Positions 16,807 through 26,395 of a DNA stretch of 64,000 nt are shown one piece after another (position 1 is the first letter of the stretch; every line of letters starts with the position of its first letter). The DNA lies in contig JAPYTQ010000029.1 in NCBI GenBank assembly GCA_029941905.1, positions 1,659 through 65,658 of the forward strand. Direction: 5' to 3'. The DNA is from Pseudomonadales bacterium (GTDB lineage Bacteria; Pseudomonadota; Gammaproteobacteria; Pseudomonadales; Azotimanducaceae). The translations under genes were made by a program, and so were the position numbers. Under the pieces are notes generated by a model that saw only the letters and a program-made list of their open reading frames with translations, made no database searches and was not told where the DNA came from.

Positions 16807-17607
16807 ATGGATTTGTACGAAGAACTTGATGTAGAAAGTTATCGCGTTGAAACTCCATCGATTTTCAATTCGTTAACAGAAATTCCAAGGACACTCCTGG
16901 AAATTGGCACGCTTTCGATTAGCTTTCCAGTGCTGTCCAGCTTACCCAAGGGAGACAAACACCCCGTCATGCTTGTCCCAGGGTTTATGGCAGGTGATGA
17001 GTCAACTGTGGTGTTGCGGCGCTATCTTTCGTGTATGGGATACAAACCTTCTGGTTGGGGTTTGGGAAGAAATACCGGGCATCCAGAAATCATAGAGCGA
17101 ACCTTGATTGAAAAATTTCATCAACTATTTGAGGAACATCAACAGAAAGTTAGCCTGATTGGTCAAAGTTTAGGTGGTATATTTGCGAGAGAGCTGGGCC
17201 GTTTATTTCCTGATAAGGTCCGGCAGGTGATTACCCTCGGTAGCCCTTTTTCGATGGCCAATGGCGGGGGGTCGAATCTCCTGGTGCAGAAGTTGTTTGA
17301 ACAACAGTCAAGGATGAGCGTTGAAATGATGCGTGAACGTCTGGAGACAGATCAAAGCCCACCGATTCCCCTGACCGCGGTTTATAGCCGTGGTGATGGC
17401 GTTGTACACTGGCGCGGTTGTATGGAAACTGAACTGGACCACCAGACCCAGAATATTGAGGTATTCGGAAGCCACTGCGGTATGGGTTTTAATCCCGCTG
17501 TTTATTACATTATTGCAGATAGGCTTGCCCAGCCGGAGAATAGATGGAGACTGTTTCAGTCGCGGGTCCCTGGTGTGGTGCACCCGATGAATGAAGACGA
17601 GAATTAA
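16807..17607 (+). CDS. alpha/beta-hydrolase (lipase/esterase-like)
   Basis: GQSLGG nucleophile elbow (GxSxG) and PVMLVPGF before it. Confidence 0.7.
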   Translation: MDLYEELDVESYRVETPSIFNSLTEIPRTLLEIGTLSISFPVLSSLPKGDKHPVMLVPGFMAGDESTVVLRRYLSCMGYKPSGWGLGRNTGHPEIIERTLIEKFHQLFEEHQQKVSLIGQSLGGIFARELGRLFPDKVRQVITLGSPFSMANGGGSNLLVQKLFEQQSRMSVEMMRERLETDQSPPIPLTAVYSRGDGVVHWRGCMETELDHQTQNIEVFGSHCGMGFNPAVYYIIADRLAQPENRWRLFQSRVPGVVHPMNEDEN

Positions 17608-17624
17608 GAGCCTGGGAATTCACC

Positions 17625-18068
17625 ATGCGCGAGTTCAAAAAGTATCCCAATCGTCGGCTCTATGACATTCAGGAGAGCCAGTACGTCACGGTGGAAGATA
17701 TCCGCAAGATCGTCCTCGCAGGTGAGACGATTCTGGTGATAGATTCCAAATCAGAAAAGGACCTGACCCGTTCGGTGCTGTTGCAGATTATTTCAGAGCA
17801 GGAAGGTGAAGGCCATGAGCCAATATTGACGAATCGTGTTCTGGAACAACTGGTCCGCTTTTATGGGGCACCGATGCAAAGTGTAGTGAGTCGATATATC
17901 GAACAGAGCATTACAACTTTTTTGGATCACCAGGAAAAATATCGATCCAGGATGCAGGATCTGGCAGGTGCGGAGCCTATGGCGTTGATGCGTAAGGCAT
18001 TGGAACAGAATATGGAATTCTGGAATCGTCTCGCGACAAATACTCAGGACAGATCCAGAGAAGACTAG
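17625..18068 (+). CDS. phaR: polyhydroxyalkanoate synthesis repressor PhaR
   Basis: The N-terminus KKYPNRRLYDIQESQYVTVEDIRKIV and LLQIISEQE are hallmark PhaR motifs. Confidence 0.85.
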   Translation: MREFKKYPNRRLYDIQESQYVTVEDIRKIVLAGETILVIDSKSEKDLTRSVLLQIISEQEGEGHEPILTNRVLEQLVRFYGAPMQSVVSRYIEQSITTFLDHQEKYRSRMQDLAGAEPMALMRKALEQNMEFWNRLATNTQDRSRED

Positions 18069-18742
18069 GGGGTCCCCCAGTTTGCCAGTAACGGGTTGAG
18101 CTCATTGAAAGCATCAATGGTTAGTGCGGCGTCCGCCAGCTCGCTCGGCTCAACGTAAGGACTGTTTACGGCAATCACTTGCATACCCGCAGCCCGGGCG
18201 GCCCTGATGCCGCTCGGTGAATCTTCGATGGCGATGCAATGGTGTGGGTTCACCCGGAGTTTCTCAGCGCAGAGCAGGAATATGTCAGGATCAGGTTTGC
18301 CACGTTGTAGTTCCGGGTGGTCACCACAAACCACCTGCTGGAAGAAAGTACCCCAGGGTTTTCGACTGAGTTTCAGGTCGCACAAGTGCTGGTGAGAACT
18401 CGTCGCCAGACCGAAGGGAATTCCGGACTCCGACAGGTCGGTAATAAACTGTCCGGCCCCTTCTATTTCCGGTGTGTCCTCAAACAGCTGCCGCAGAAAG
18501 ACCTCGCGGGTGGAAAGAAACGCGTCCACTGACATGGGTAAGTCAAAATGGTCGATGGTGATCCGGGCGCTGCGTCGCGAATCACCCCCCATGCACTGTT
18601 TTTTGAGTGCCATCGTGAATTCTGCATCAAAAGGATCAAGCACCTTCTGCGTGGCAATTGTATACAGAGGTTCTGTGTCGAGCAGGGTTCCGTCCATGTC
18701 AAAAATGAGCGCCGCAGGGGTCTTAGCTAATGCCGGGTTCAT
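18065..18742 (-). CDS. HAD-IA family hydrolase (beta-phosphoglucomutase-like)
   Basis: Motif I FDMDGTLLDTE, GLATSS, and motif IV EDSPSGIRAARAAGM. The internal ATG 18742 places motif I near the N-terminus. Confidence 0.75.
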   Translation of the reverse strand: MNPALAKTPAALIFDMDGTLLDTEPLYTIATQKVLDPFDAEFTMALKKQCMGGDSRRSARITIDHFDLPMSVDAFLSTREVFLRQLFEDTPEIEGAGQFITDLSESGIPFGLATSSHQHLCDLKLSRKPWGTFFQQVVCGDHPELQRGKPDPDIFLLCAEKLRVNPHHCIAIEDSPSGIRAARAAGMQVIAVNSPYVEPSELADAALTIDAFNELNPLLANWGTP

Positions 18743-18776
18743 TTTTCTGATACTCGTGATTTTCACAGGGTGCAAT

Positions 18777-18998
18777 TCATAGTGTTTTGTTTGCCACAAA
18801 GGGTTGGGCGACTTCTTCGATAATTTCGTGTGGAACTGAATCGTCTTCATCGGCCACCCGGCTTTCTGCTTCAGCAGCGAGGTTCATCAATTCGAATAGA
18901 ACCCCGGGGGTCATCTGAAAATGGTACCCCTTTTCAATGACAATGTGAGTAAGCAGGAACGACAGTGCTTCTTCCTTGGAGATTCGGCTGGAGCGCAT
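18777..18998 (-). CDS. hypothetical small acidic protein
   Basis: ORF only. No clear RBS and no recognisable family. Confidence 0.3.
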   Translation of the reverse strand: MRSSRISKEEALSFLLTHIVIEKGYHFQMTPGVLFELMNLAAEAESRVADEDDSVPHEIIEEVAQPFVANKTL

Positions 18999-19628
18999 GG
19001 TTTTTTGCTTGCTGTGCTGGTTGTGGGTCGATTCTAACGAATTCCATGGCCAGAAACTCCCGGTTGCCGTCAGTAAAGGTATTTTTCGATAAAATTGCAT
19101 ATCAACAACCCGTTTTATTTCCTATCGATAGTTCTCGAATTTTCGTCTTCATAATAAACTGTAGCTGATTTTCTGTTCGGATACAGTTGATCAGCGGAGC
19201 AAAGCCTTGAAGAAAGTCAAATTTGCCGAGCGGCGTTCAGGCGATGATCGAAGAGTGCACGGGAGACGGGGGTTAAGAAGATTTCTTAGGGAGTTTTGGA
19301 AATTGTCAACCTATCGAAGACACCGGAAAAGGCGCTCTCCTTATATGAGGAGAGAAACCTACACGGTATACCTGCCTGATCGCGTATAGCTCCACAAGCA
19401 GCCTGGGGGATTCATGTCGTGTGTTATTGGGGTGAATGTCTGCGGTAGTTCTGTGGCTACGATTCCGCTTAAGAAAACCTTACCTGCAGCGACGAAAAGT
19501 ATCTTGTTCTCGGCTAGCCAGTCCCTGCGCACTGCGCCTTGTCTTGAATCATTTGAGTCGCTCTGAACATGGCATTTCACCTTGAAGGACGACTAGGTTA
19601 ACATTGCAAACTTTTTGAAAGCCTAACA

Positions 19629-20558
19629 ATGATAAAAGTAGATCATTTAACGAAACAGTTTGGTTCGTTGCACGCCGTAGTGGATTTGTCTCTGCAGCTC
19701 GAGCCCGGTGAAATACTGGGATTCCTCGGTCCCAACGGGGCTGGTAAGTCAACGACGATGAAAATGTTAACGGGATTTCTCATTCCCACCAGCGGTAGCA
19801 TCAACATTTGTGGTCATGACGTCAGGCAGGATCCGATTGCCGCTCAGCAATTAATTGGATATCTGCCGGAAGGCGCACCTTGCTATGATGAGATGACACC
19901 GGAATCTTTCCTGAACTTCATTGCTGAAATCAGGGGCTATCAGGGAGAGGAAAAGTCGCGGCGGGTTACCGATGTGGTCAGGAAAATGTCCCTCGAAAAG
20001 GTGCTTGGACAAAGGATCGAGACCCTGTCGAAAGGTTTCAAGCGGCGAGTGGGTCTGGCGCAGGCCATTCTTCACGATCCGAAGGTGTTGATTCTGGACG
20101 AGCCGACGGATGGCCTGGACCCTAATCAGAAACAACAGGTCAGGAATTTGATTCGCAGCTTGTCCAGGGACAAGATCGTAATCATCTCGACCCATATCCT
20201 TGAAGAAGTGACCGCCGTATGTAGTCGGGTGATTATTATCTCGGACGGCAGGGTAGTTGCCGATTGCACGCCGCAGGAGCTGGAGGCGCAATCGAGGTTT
20301 CATGGCGCCGTTAGCATCAGGCTTGGGGACGGCGCCGATGTGCAAGCCCTTCAAACAGAAATTGAATCCTTGTCATTTGTCGATACCGTTCAGGTCATTG
20401 ATGCCGGATTAACGGTTTTTCCCGCAGGTGAGAAGGGTCTGTTTTCTCAATTGAACAGTTTTCTGACCGAGCGAGAGATTCCGCTGGAATCGATGTTTCA
20501 GGAAAGGGGGCGTCTTGATGATGTCTTCCGTCAAATAACGACGGGAGAAGGCCTATGA
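19629..20558 (+). CDS. ABC transporter ATP-binding protein (ABC-2/GldA-like)
   Basis: Walker A GPNGAGKST, signature LSKGFKRR, and Walker B LILDEPT. Confidence 0.85.
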   Translation: MIKVDHLTKQFGSLHAVVDLSLQLEPGEILGFLGPNGAGKSTTMKMLTGFLIPTSGSINICGHDVRQDPIAAQQLIGYLPEGAPCYDEMTPESFLNFIAEIRGYQGEEKSRRVTDVVRKMSLEKVLGQRIETLSKGFKRRVGLAQAILHDPKVLILDEPTDGLDPNQKQQVRNLIRSLSRDKIVIISTHILEEVTAVCSRVIIISDGRVVADCTPQELEAQSRFHGAVSIRLGDGADVQALQTEIESLSFVDTVQVIDAGLTVFPAGEKGLFSQLNSFLTEREIPLESMFQERGRLDDVFRQITTGEGL

Positions 20559-21289
20559 ATCACCTGTTTATCATCGTCAAACGTGAACTCAGCAGTTACT
20601 TTGTCACCCACCTTGCCTATGTATTCATTCTGATCTTTCTAATCTTGTCTGGTGTGTTCACGTTTTATATGGGTAATTTTTTTGAGCGAGGCCAGGCAGA
20701 CCTGGCGCCCTTCTTTAATTTTCATCCCTGGCTATATCTATTCCTGGTACCCGCAATATCGATGCGTTTGTGGTCCGAGGAACGCAACTCGGGTTCAATT
20801 GAACTGCTGCTGACACTGCCTATCAGAAAAGTCGACGCCGTTGCCGGTAAATTCCTGGCCGCCTGGATCTTCACTGGAATTGCCCTGTTGATGACGTTTC
20901 CCTTGTGGTTGACGGTCAACTACCTCGGTAAGCCCGACAATGGCGCCATCTTTGCCGGTTACCTGGGGAGCTGGCTTATGGCGGGCGGATTCCTGGCAAT
21001 CGGTTCCTGTATGTCAGCGCTCAGTAAAAGCCAGGTCATCGCTTTTATCGTCACCGGTCTGGTTTGCCTGCTGTTTGTACTGGCGGGATTCCCTCTGGTG
21101 CTGAATCTCTTCGAGGAATGGGTGCCGCTGATTGTGCTGGATGCACTGGCGTCATTAAGTTTTTTAACCCACTTTGGATCAATTTCCAAAGGCGTGTTGA
21201 GTTTGCAGGATCTGCTGTATTTCGTCTCAATGATTGTGACATGGCTTGCGGCAACCATGATTGTCGTTGAAATCAAACAGGCGAGTTGA
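20555..21289 (+). CDS. ABC-2 type transporter permease (GldF-like)
   Basis: Six hydrophobic segments. The start overlaps the ATPase stop (ATGA). Confidence 0.8.
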   Translation: MNHLFIIVKRELSSYFVTHLAYVFILIFLILSGVFTFYMGNFFERGQADLAPFFNFHPWLYLFLVPAISMRLWSEERNSGSIELLLTLPIRKVDAVAGKFLAAWIFTGIALLMTFPLWLTVNYLGKPDNGAIFAGYLGSWLMAGGFLAIGSCMSALSKSQVIAFIVTGLVCLLFVLAGFPLVLNLFEEWVPLIVLDALASLSFLTHFGSISKGVLSLQDLLYFVSMIVTWLAATMIVVEIKQAS

Positions 21290-21292
21290 GTA

Positions 21293-23176
21293 GTGAATAT
21301 GAAAAAATTGAATTCGGGAATTGGCTTGCTGTTATTAAGTGTCGGGTTTCTGGTTTTTACGATGTTGAATAACCAGGTTTTCTCTGGTCTGCGACTGGAT
21401 TTGACGGAAGGGAAGCTGTACACCCTGTCTGACGGCAGCCGGGAAATACTGTCCACCATTGAAGAGCCGATTAATCTGTACTTTTTCTTCTCAGATGCTG
21501 CCAGTCGAGACCTGACCGGCTTGCGCGCCTATGCGAAACAGGTCCAGGACCTCTTACATGAGTATGAACTCGCGGCGGACGGTAACATTAATTTAATGAT
21601 CATTGATCCGGCGCCATTTTCTGAAGACGAGGACATGGCGGCGGAGTTTGGCTTGCAGAGCATTCCAATCAGTAATGCGGGCGAAGAGCTCTATTTTGGT
21701 TTGGCGGCGACCAACGCCCTTGATGACCAACTGTCGATAGCTTTTTTTCAACCTGACAAGGAAGCATTTCTGGAATATGAAATCAGCAAGCTGGTGCAAT
21801 CGCTGGTGACACCTGAAAAGCCCGTGGTAGGTTTGCTGAGTTCCATCAAGGTGCAGGAAGATGTGAATATGCAAACATTCCAGACAACCCCGGCCTGGAT
21901 TGTGATTGACCAGATCAGCCAGCTATTTGATTTGCAAACCGTTGACGCATCAATCACGCAAGTCCCACCTGAGATTGACCTGCTGATACTGATACATCCA
22001 AAAGCGCTCGACGAAGCCACGCTATATGCCATAGACCAGTTTGCAATGGCTGGTGGTCGATTGCTGGTCTTCGTCGATCCGCTGGCTGAACGGGATCGCC
22101 CTGCTTCACAGAATCCAATGATGCCCGGGCCTCCGCCTTCTCCCTCTGACCTGAATAAGTTATTGGGTACCTGGGGTGTCACCCTTCGGGAAGGATTTGT
22201 ATTGCTGGACGCGCAAACTGCACTTGCGGTGAGTGGTGGCCGTTCCGGACAACCCGTTCGACATCTGGCGATTCTAGGCATGGGCCCCGATAATTTCTCT
22301 CAGGATGATGTCTCCATCTCGTCACTGGAATCTATTAACTTCGCCTCAGCAGGGATTCTGGATATTGACCCACAATCTCAGGCAACCATTATCACGTTAA
22401 TCCAGTCCAGCGCCTATGCGAAACCGTTAGAAACCATGAGAATGCAATTTCTGACAGACCCATCGGATCTGCAAAAAGATTTTGAGCCGACCGGTGAACG
22501 TTATCCCGTTTCTGTTCGGATAGCAGGAAAGGCGAATTCAGCATTTGAATCCAGTGTAGGTGATTCCGGTGGTAAGACTCAAGAAGGCAAGGCCCATATA
22601 GCTTCAACGGATGAACTGAATGTCATCGTTGTTGCCGACACCGATTTGCTGGCTGACCAGATGTGGGTCCAGGTCCAGAACTTTTTCGGTCAGCAGATTG
22701 CCAACCCCTGGGCTAATAACGGCGACTTTGTGATCAATGCCGTCGATAACCTGGTAGGTAGTGCTGCACTCATTAATGTTCGTAGTCGTGGTCGGTTCTC
22801 TCGGCCGTTTGATGTGGTGTTGGACTTAAGGCGTGAAGCAGAAGCCAGCTACCTCGAAAGCGCGAATGATTTACAGGCACAACTTGCAGAAACAGAGCAG
22901 AAACTGACGCAACTGCAATCTACCCAGGGAGATCAAGGCCTGTTAAGCCTGACGCCTGAACAGGAGGAAGCGATCATTCAGTTTCGGCAGGAGAAATTAC
23001 GAATTCGCAAACAGTTAAGGGATGTGCGCCATCAACTGGATAAAGACATCGAGAATTTGGGGACGAACATCAAATTTTTGAATATCGCCCTGATTCCCAT
23101 TCTCTTAACTTTGATGTTGTTGATGTTCAACTACATCCGCCTGCGGAATGCCAGGGTGCCACATCATGAGTCGTAA
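21293..23176 (+). CDS. GldG-like ABC-transport auxiliary protein
   Basis: N- and C-terminal membrane anchors, a large periplasmic domain, and a C-terminal coiled coil. Position after the ABC-2 pair fits. Confidence 0.7.
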   Translation: MNMKKLNSGIGLLLLSVGFLVFTMLNNQVFSGLRLDLTEGKLYTLSDGSREILSTIEEPINLYFFFSDAASRDLTGLRAYAKQVQDLLHEYELAADGNINLMIIDPAPFSEDEDMAAEFGLQSIPISNAGEELYFGLAATNALDDQLSIAFFQPDKEAFLEYEISKLVQSLVTPEKPVVGLLSSIKVQEDVNMQTFQTTPAWIVIDQISQLFDLQTVDASITQVPPEIDLLILIHPKALDEATLYAIDQFAMAGGRLLVFVDPLAERDRPASQNPMMPGPPPSPSDLNKLLGTWGVTLREGFVLLDAQTALAVSGGRSGQPVRHLAILGMGPDNFSQDDVSISSLESINFASAGILDIDPQSQATIITLIQSSAYAKPLETMRMQFLTDPSDLQKDFEPTGERYPVSVRIAGKANSAFESSVGDSGGKTQEGKAHIASTDELNVIVVADTDLLADQMWVQVQNFFGQQIANPWANNGDFVINAVDNLVGSAALINVRSRGRFSRPFDVVLDLRREAEASYLESANDLQAQLAETEQKLTQLQSTQGDQGLLSLTPEQEEAIIQFRQEKLRIRKQLRDVRHQLDKDIENLGTNIKFLNIALIPILLTLMLLMFNYIRLRNARVPHHES

Positions 23177-24107
23177 CTGGATATGGGGCCTGGGTATTTC
23201 GATCCTGGTCATGTTGTCGATCGTTGTATTTGATAGTAAACCGGTGACGGAGCAGGATACCCGCCTTGGCGAGTTCATGCTGCAAGGCTTGCGGGATGAC
23301 TTGGCTGGTGTTCACAAGATGGTATTCAAAAACAGTGAGATGATTACCACTCTGGAGTCCCGGGACGGTAATTGGGTAGTACTTGAGAGATTTGGATTTG
23401 ACGCAGACTTTGGAAAGTTGGCGGGTCTGCTCAAGGCAATCACCGGTTCCAGGTTAACGGAAAGAAAGACCAGCAAGCCAAAAAATTTCAGCATTCTGGG
23501 TGTCGCCAGTAACGATCCGGACGCCGTTGAAATTGAGATCTTCTCGAAACAAAGCAGCTATACAGTGCTGGTGGGGAATTCAGTTTCGAATAGGACCGGC
23601 CAGTATATTCGTTTACTAAAACACGAAACCGAGGCGAACCAGGTCTGGCTTATCGACACAGAATTGGAAAGCTCCGCAGACCCTGCTTACTGGCTTGATG
23701 ATGCGGTGATCGATGTAGAGGCGGAGCGGGTACAACGGGTCATGTTTTCCCAAGGTGAGGTCGTATTGGTCGCTGAGAGAAAGGATGGCGAATTAGAATT
23801 GCAGGGGCTGGCCGAGGGGGCAGAATTGCGATACCCGACGATTGTCAATACGCTGGCCAGAGCATTGGTGAATGTCAGGTTGATAGACCTGGTACCCGCA
23901 GGGCAAGTTGATTTTAGTTCTGCCTCAAAAGCACAGTTCAGCCTGGATGACGAGTCAGAAATTAATCTTGTGGTGGTAGAAACCCAAGGCAGTTACTGGC
24001 TTAATCTATTAGATCATGCACATTCAGAATGGGCTTTCGAAGTGGATAGCCTGGTGTTCGAAAATTTGACCAAACAACCCGAGGATCTGCTTAAGCAAGC
24101 AGACTAG
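23166..24107 (+). CDS. DUF4340-like protein
   Basis: N-terminal anchor. The start overlaps the GldG stop. This is the usual fourth gene of the cluster; the family name is from memory. Confidence 0.6.
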   Translation: MSRNWIWGLGISILVMLSIVVFDSKPVTEQDTRLGEFMLQGLRDDLAGVHKMVFKNSEMITTLESRDGNWVVLERFGFDADFGKLAGLLKAITGSRLTERKTSKPKNFSILGVASNDPDAVEIEIFSKQSSYTVLVGNSVSNRTGQYIRLLKHETEANQVWLIDTELESSADPAYWLDDAVIDVEAERVQRVMFSQGEVVLVAERKDGELELQGLAEGAELRYPTIVNTLARALVNVRLIDLVPAGQVDFSSASKAQFSLDDESEINLVVVETQGSYWLNLLDHAHSEWAFEVDSLVFENLTKQPEDLLKQAD

Positions 24108-24118
24108 AGCGTACCGAA

Positions 24119-24901
24119 GTGGACTACGAATTCATTAAGCTTGAAAAAGATGGCGCCGTTGCAAGGCTAATTCTTAATCGACCCAAAATCATGAATGCGC
24201 TGCATAGCGGTATTATGGAAGAAATCGAGTCCGCCTCTCGTGCCTTTCTTCATGACGAGCAGACCCGGGTAGTCATTTTCTCTGGCGTTGGAAAGCACTT
24301 TAGCTCCGGCGCAGATTTAAGCCATCGCGGCGAAAAACAGACCCTCGTCATGCAACGTCGCACCAGTGGGCTCGGTGCCCGAATGATCAGGGCGATACTC
24401 GAAATAAATCAGGTAACGATAGCGGCGATTCATGGCGCATCACTGGGTGGCGGTGCGTGCATCCCGACCGCATGCGATTTTCGGATCGGCAGCGACGACT
24501 GTTTCGTTGGCTATCCCGAAGTGAATCTGGGCATGAACCTGATGTGGCACGCCCTGCCCCTGTGTGTCAGGTTGATTGGTCCAGCCAGGGCGAAACGGAT
24601 GATTATGCTGGGTTCCCGTGAAAATGCGGAAACACTGCTGGACTGGGGTTTTTTAGATCAGATTGTACCCCTTGATGAACTGCAGCAGGTGGCGACACAG
24701 ATGGCAGATGAATACGCAGCCCAGCCACCGATTGCAGTACAGATGATCAAGCAAAGTATCAATGCGGTAAGCGCAGCGATGGATGATGCGATTATGCATA
24801 TGGATACCGACCAGAACATCCTGACCCAATCAACTTATGATCGTGCAGAAGGCGTTAAGGCATTTTTCGAAAAGCGCGATCCTGTTTTTAAAGGCGACTA
24901 G
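24119..24901 (+). CDS. enoyl-CoA hydratase/isomerase family protein
   Basis: LNRPKIMNAL, GKHFSSGADL, and a C-terminal EGVKAFFEKRDPVFKG. Confidence 0.8.
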   Translation: MDYEFIKLEKDGAVARLILNRPKIMNALHSGIMEEIESASRAFLHDEQTRVVIFSGVGKHFSSGADLSHRGEKQTLVMQRRTSGLGARMIRAILEINQVTIAAIHGASLGGGACIPTACDFRIGSDDCFVGYPEVNLGMNLMWHALPLCVRLIGPARAKRMIMLGSRENAETLLDWGFLDQIVPLDELQQVATQMADEYAAQPPIAVQMIKQSINAVSAAMDDAIMHMDTDQNILTQSTYDRAEGVKAFFEKRDPVFKGD

Positions 24902-24933
24902 ATTTGATTTAGTATAAAAGTCGAGATTCGGGT

Positions 24934-25155
24934 TTAGCTTTCAATCACCGCCAAAATCTGGTCTTCCTCGACGCTGTCTTCTTCCTTGACCCGCAATTCC
25001 TTTATGATGCCTGCAGTCGTTGCTTCGACGGGAATTTCCATTTTCATGGATTCGAGTATCATAATGACATCTTCTAATTCAACCCTGTCGCCGACCTTGA
25101 CTTCGATTTTCCAGACGTTACCTGTTATCTCTGATTCTACTTCTTCTAATGGCAT
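24934..25155 (-). CDS. stand-alone biotinyl/lipoyl-carrier domain protein
   Basis: 73 aa with the biotinylation motif ILESMKMEIPV. Confidence 0.75.
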   Translation of the reverse strand: MPLEEVESEITGNVWKIEVKVGDRVELEDVIMILESMKMEIPVEATTAGIIKELRVKEEDSVEEDQILAVIES

Positions 25156-25163
25156 AATGCTTC

Positions 25164-26357
25164 TTACTCGATGATTGATTGATAGGCAGTGACACGAAGT
25201 TCACGACGAATTGGATAGGACGAAGAGGGTAGTAGTTGGGTCAGTAGAATGACCAACAGTTCTTCCGAGGGGTCGGCAAAGAAATAGGTGCTGGCAGCAC
25301 CTCCCCAGGCGAATTCACCCGGTGACCCAAGAATCTGCGCTGTGGCTGGATTCAGCATCACAGAAAAGCCAAGCCCGAAACCGATCCCGTCGTATGGAGT
25401 TTCGCTGAACACCGCTTGCCCCATGCTCGTCAGGTCACCGTTGCCGGGTAGATGGTTGCTGGTCATCAATTCAATGGTTTTGCGACCCAGTATTCGAACG
25501 CCTTCGAATTCACCCTTGTTGAGCAGCATTTGCCCGAATTTAAAATAGTCATGAATGGTTGAGACCAGCCCGCCGCCGCCTGAAAAAAATTCACGTTTCT
25601 TTAAGTAAGGGCTCGATTCGGGGGAGTCTGCCAACTGCAAACTGTCCTCTGCCGTGTGCTCATAATTCGCTGCGAACCGGTGGACTTTATCTTCCGGCAC
25701 ATGAAAATCAGTATCTTCCATACCCAGCGGATCGAGAATTTGTTCACGTAGAAATTCGTTGAATGGAATGTCGGATATCTTTTGTACCAGGTAGCCGCAA
25801 ACATCTGTGGCCACACTGTAGCTCCATCGCGACCCGGGGGTAAACAGTAAAGGGATGTTGGCGAGTTTTTCTACCATCTGTTCAAGATCATCTGACTGTT
25901 CGACCGCCTCATCCCGGTACATCTCATCAACGGCGGTTGAGCGCATAAACCCATAGGTGAGGCCGGATGTATGGGTCAGCAGATCACGAATTGTCATTTC
26001 GCGCTCTGTCGGTGTATTGCCGGAAGCGCCGTATACCTCCAGGTCCTTGAAAGCCGGGATGTATCTGGACACTGGGTCATCAAGCTGAAAGTTCCCATCT
26101 TCGTACAGCATCATTAACGCGGTACTGGTGAGGGGTTTGGTCATCGAGTAGATACGAAAAATCGTATCTTCGGCCATGTCCTTGTCTGCTTCTACATCCA
26201 TTTTTCCCTGGCATTGCAGATGCGCGATCTTACCTCTTCTTGCGACAAGGGTAATGGTACCGGCGAGCTTCCGCTCATCAATATAACGTTGTGTCAGATG
26301 GTCTATCTTGTAGAGTCGAGCGCCAGATATTCCTATGTCTTCAGGTGTCACTTTCAT
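25164..26357 (-). CDS. serine hydrolase, beta-lactamase/esterase (class C-like) family
   Basis: SMTK (SxxK) motif and LLTHTSGL. Confidence 0.8.
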   Translation of the reverse strand: MKVTPEDIGISGARLYKIDHLTQRYIDERKLAGTITLVARRGKIAHLQCQGKMDVEADKDMAEDTIFRIYSMTKPLTSTALMMLYEDGNFQLDDPVSRYIPAFKDLEVYGASGNTPTEREMTIRDLLTHTSGLTYGFMRSTAVDEMYRDEAVEQSDDLEQMVEKLANIPLLFTPGSRWSYSVATDVCGYLVQKISDIPFNEFLREQILDPLGMEDTDFHVPEDKVHRFAANYEHTAEDSLQLADSPESSPYLKKREFFSGGGGLVSTIHDYFKFGQMLLNKGEFEGVRILGRKTIELMTSNHLPGNGDLTSMGQAVFSETPYDGIGFGLGFSVMLNPATAQILGSPGEFAWGGAASTYFFADPSEELLVILLTQLLPSSSYPIRRELRVTAYQSIIE

Positions 26358-26395
26358 TTCTTTACCTCTTCAAAAGAAACCGTGCGCGTACCCTG

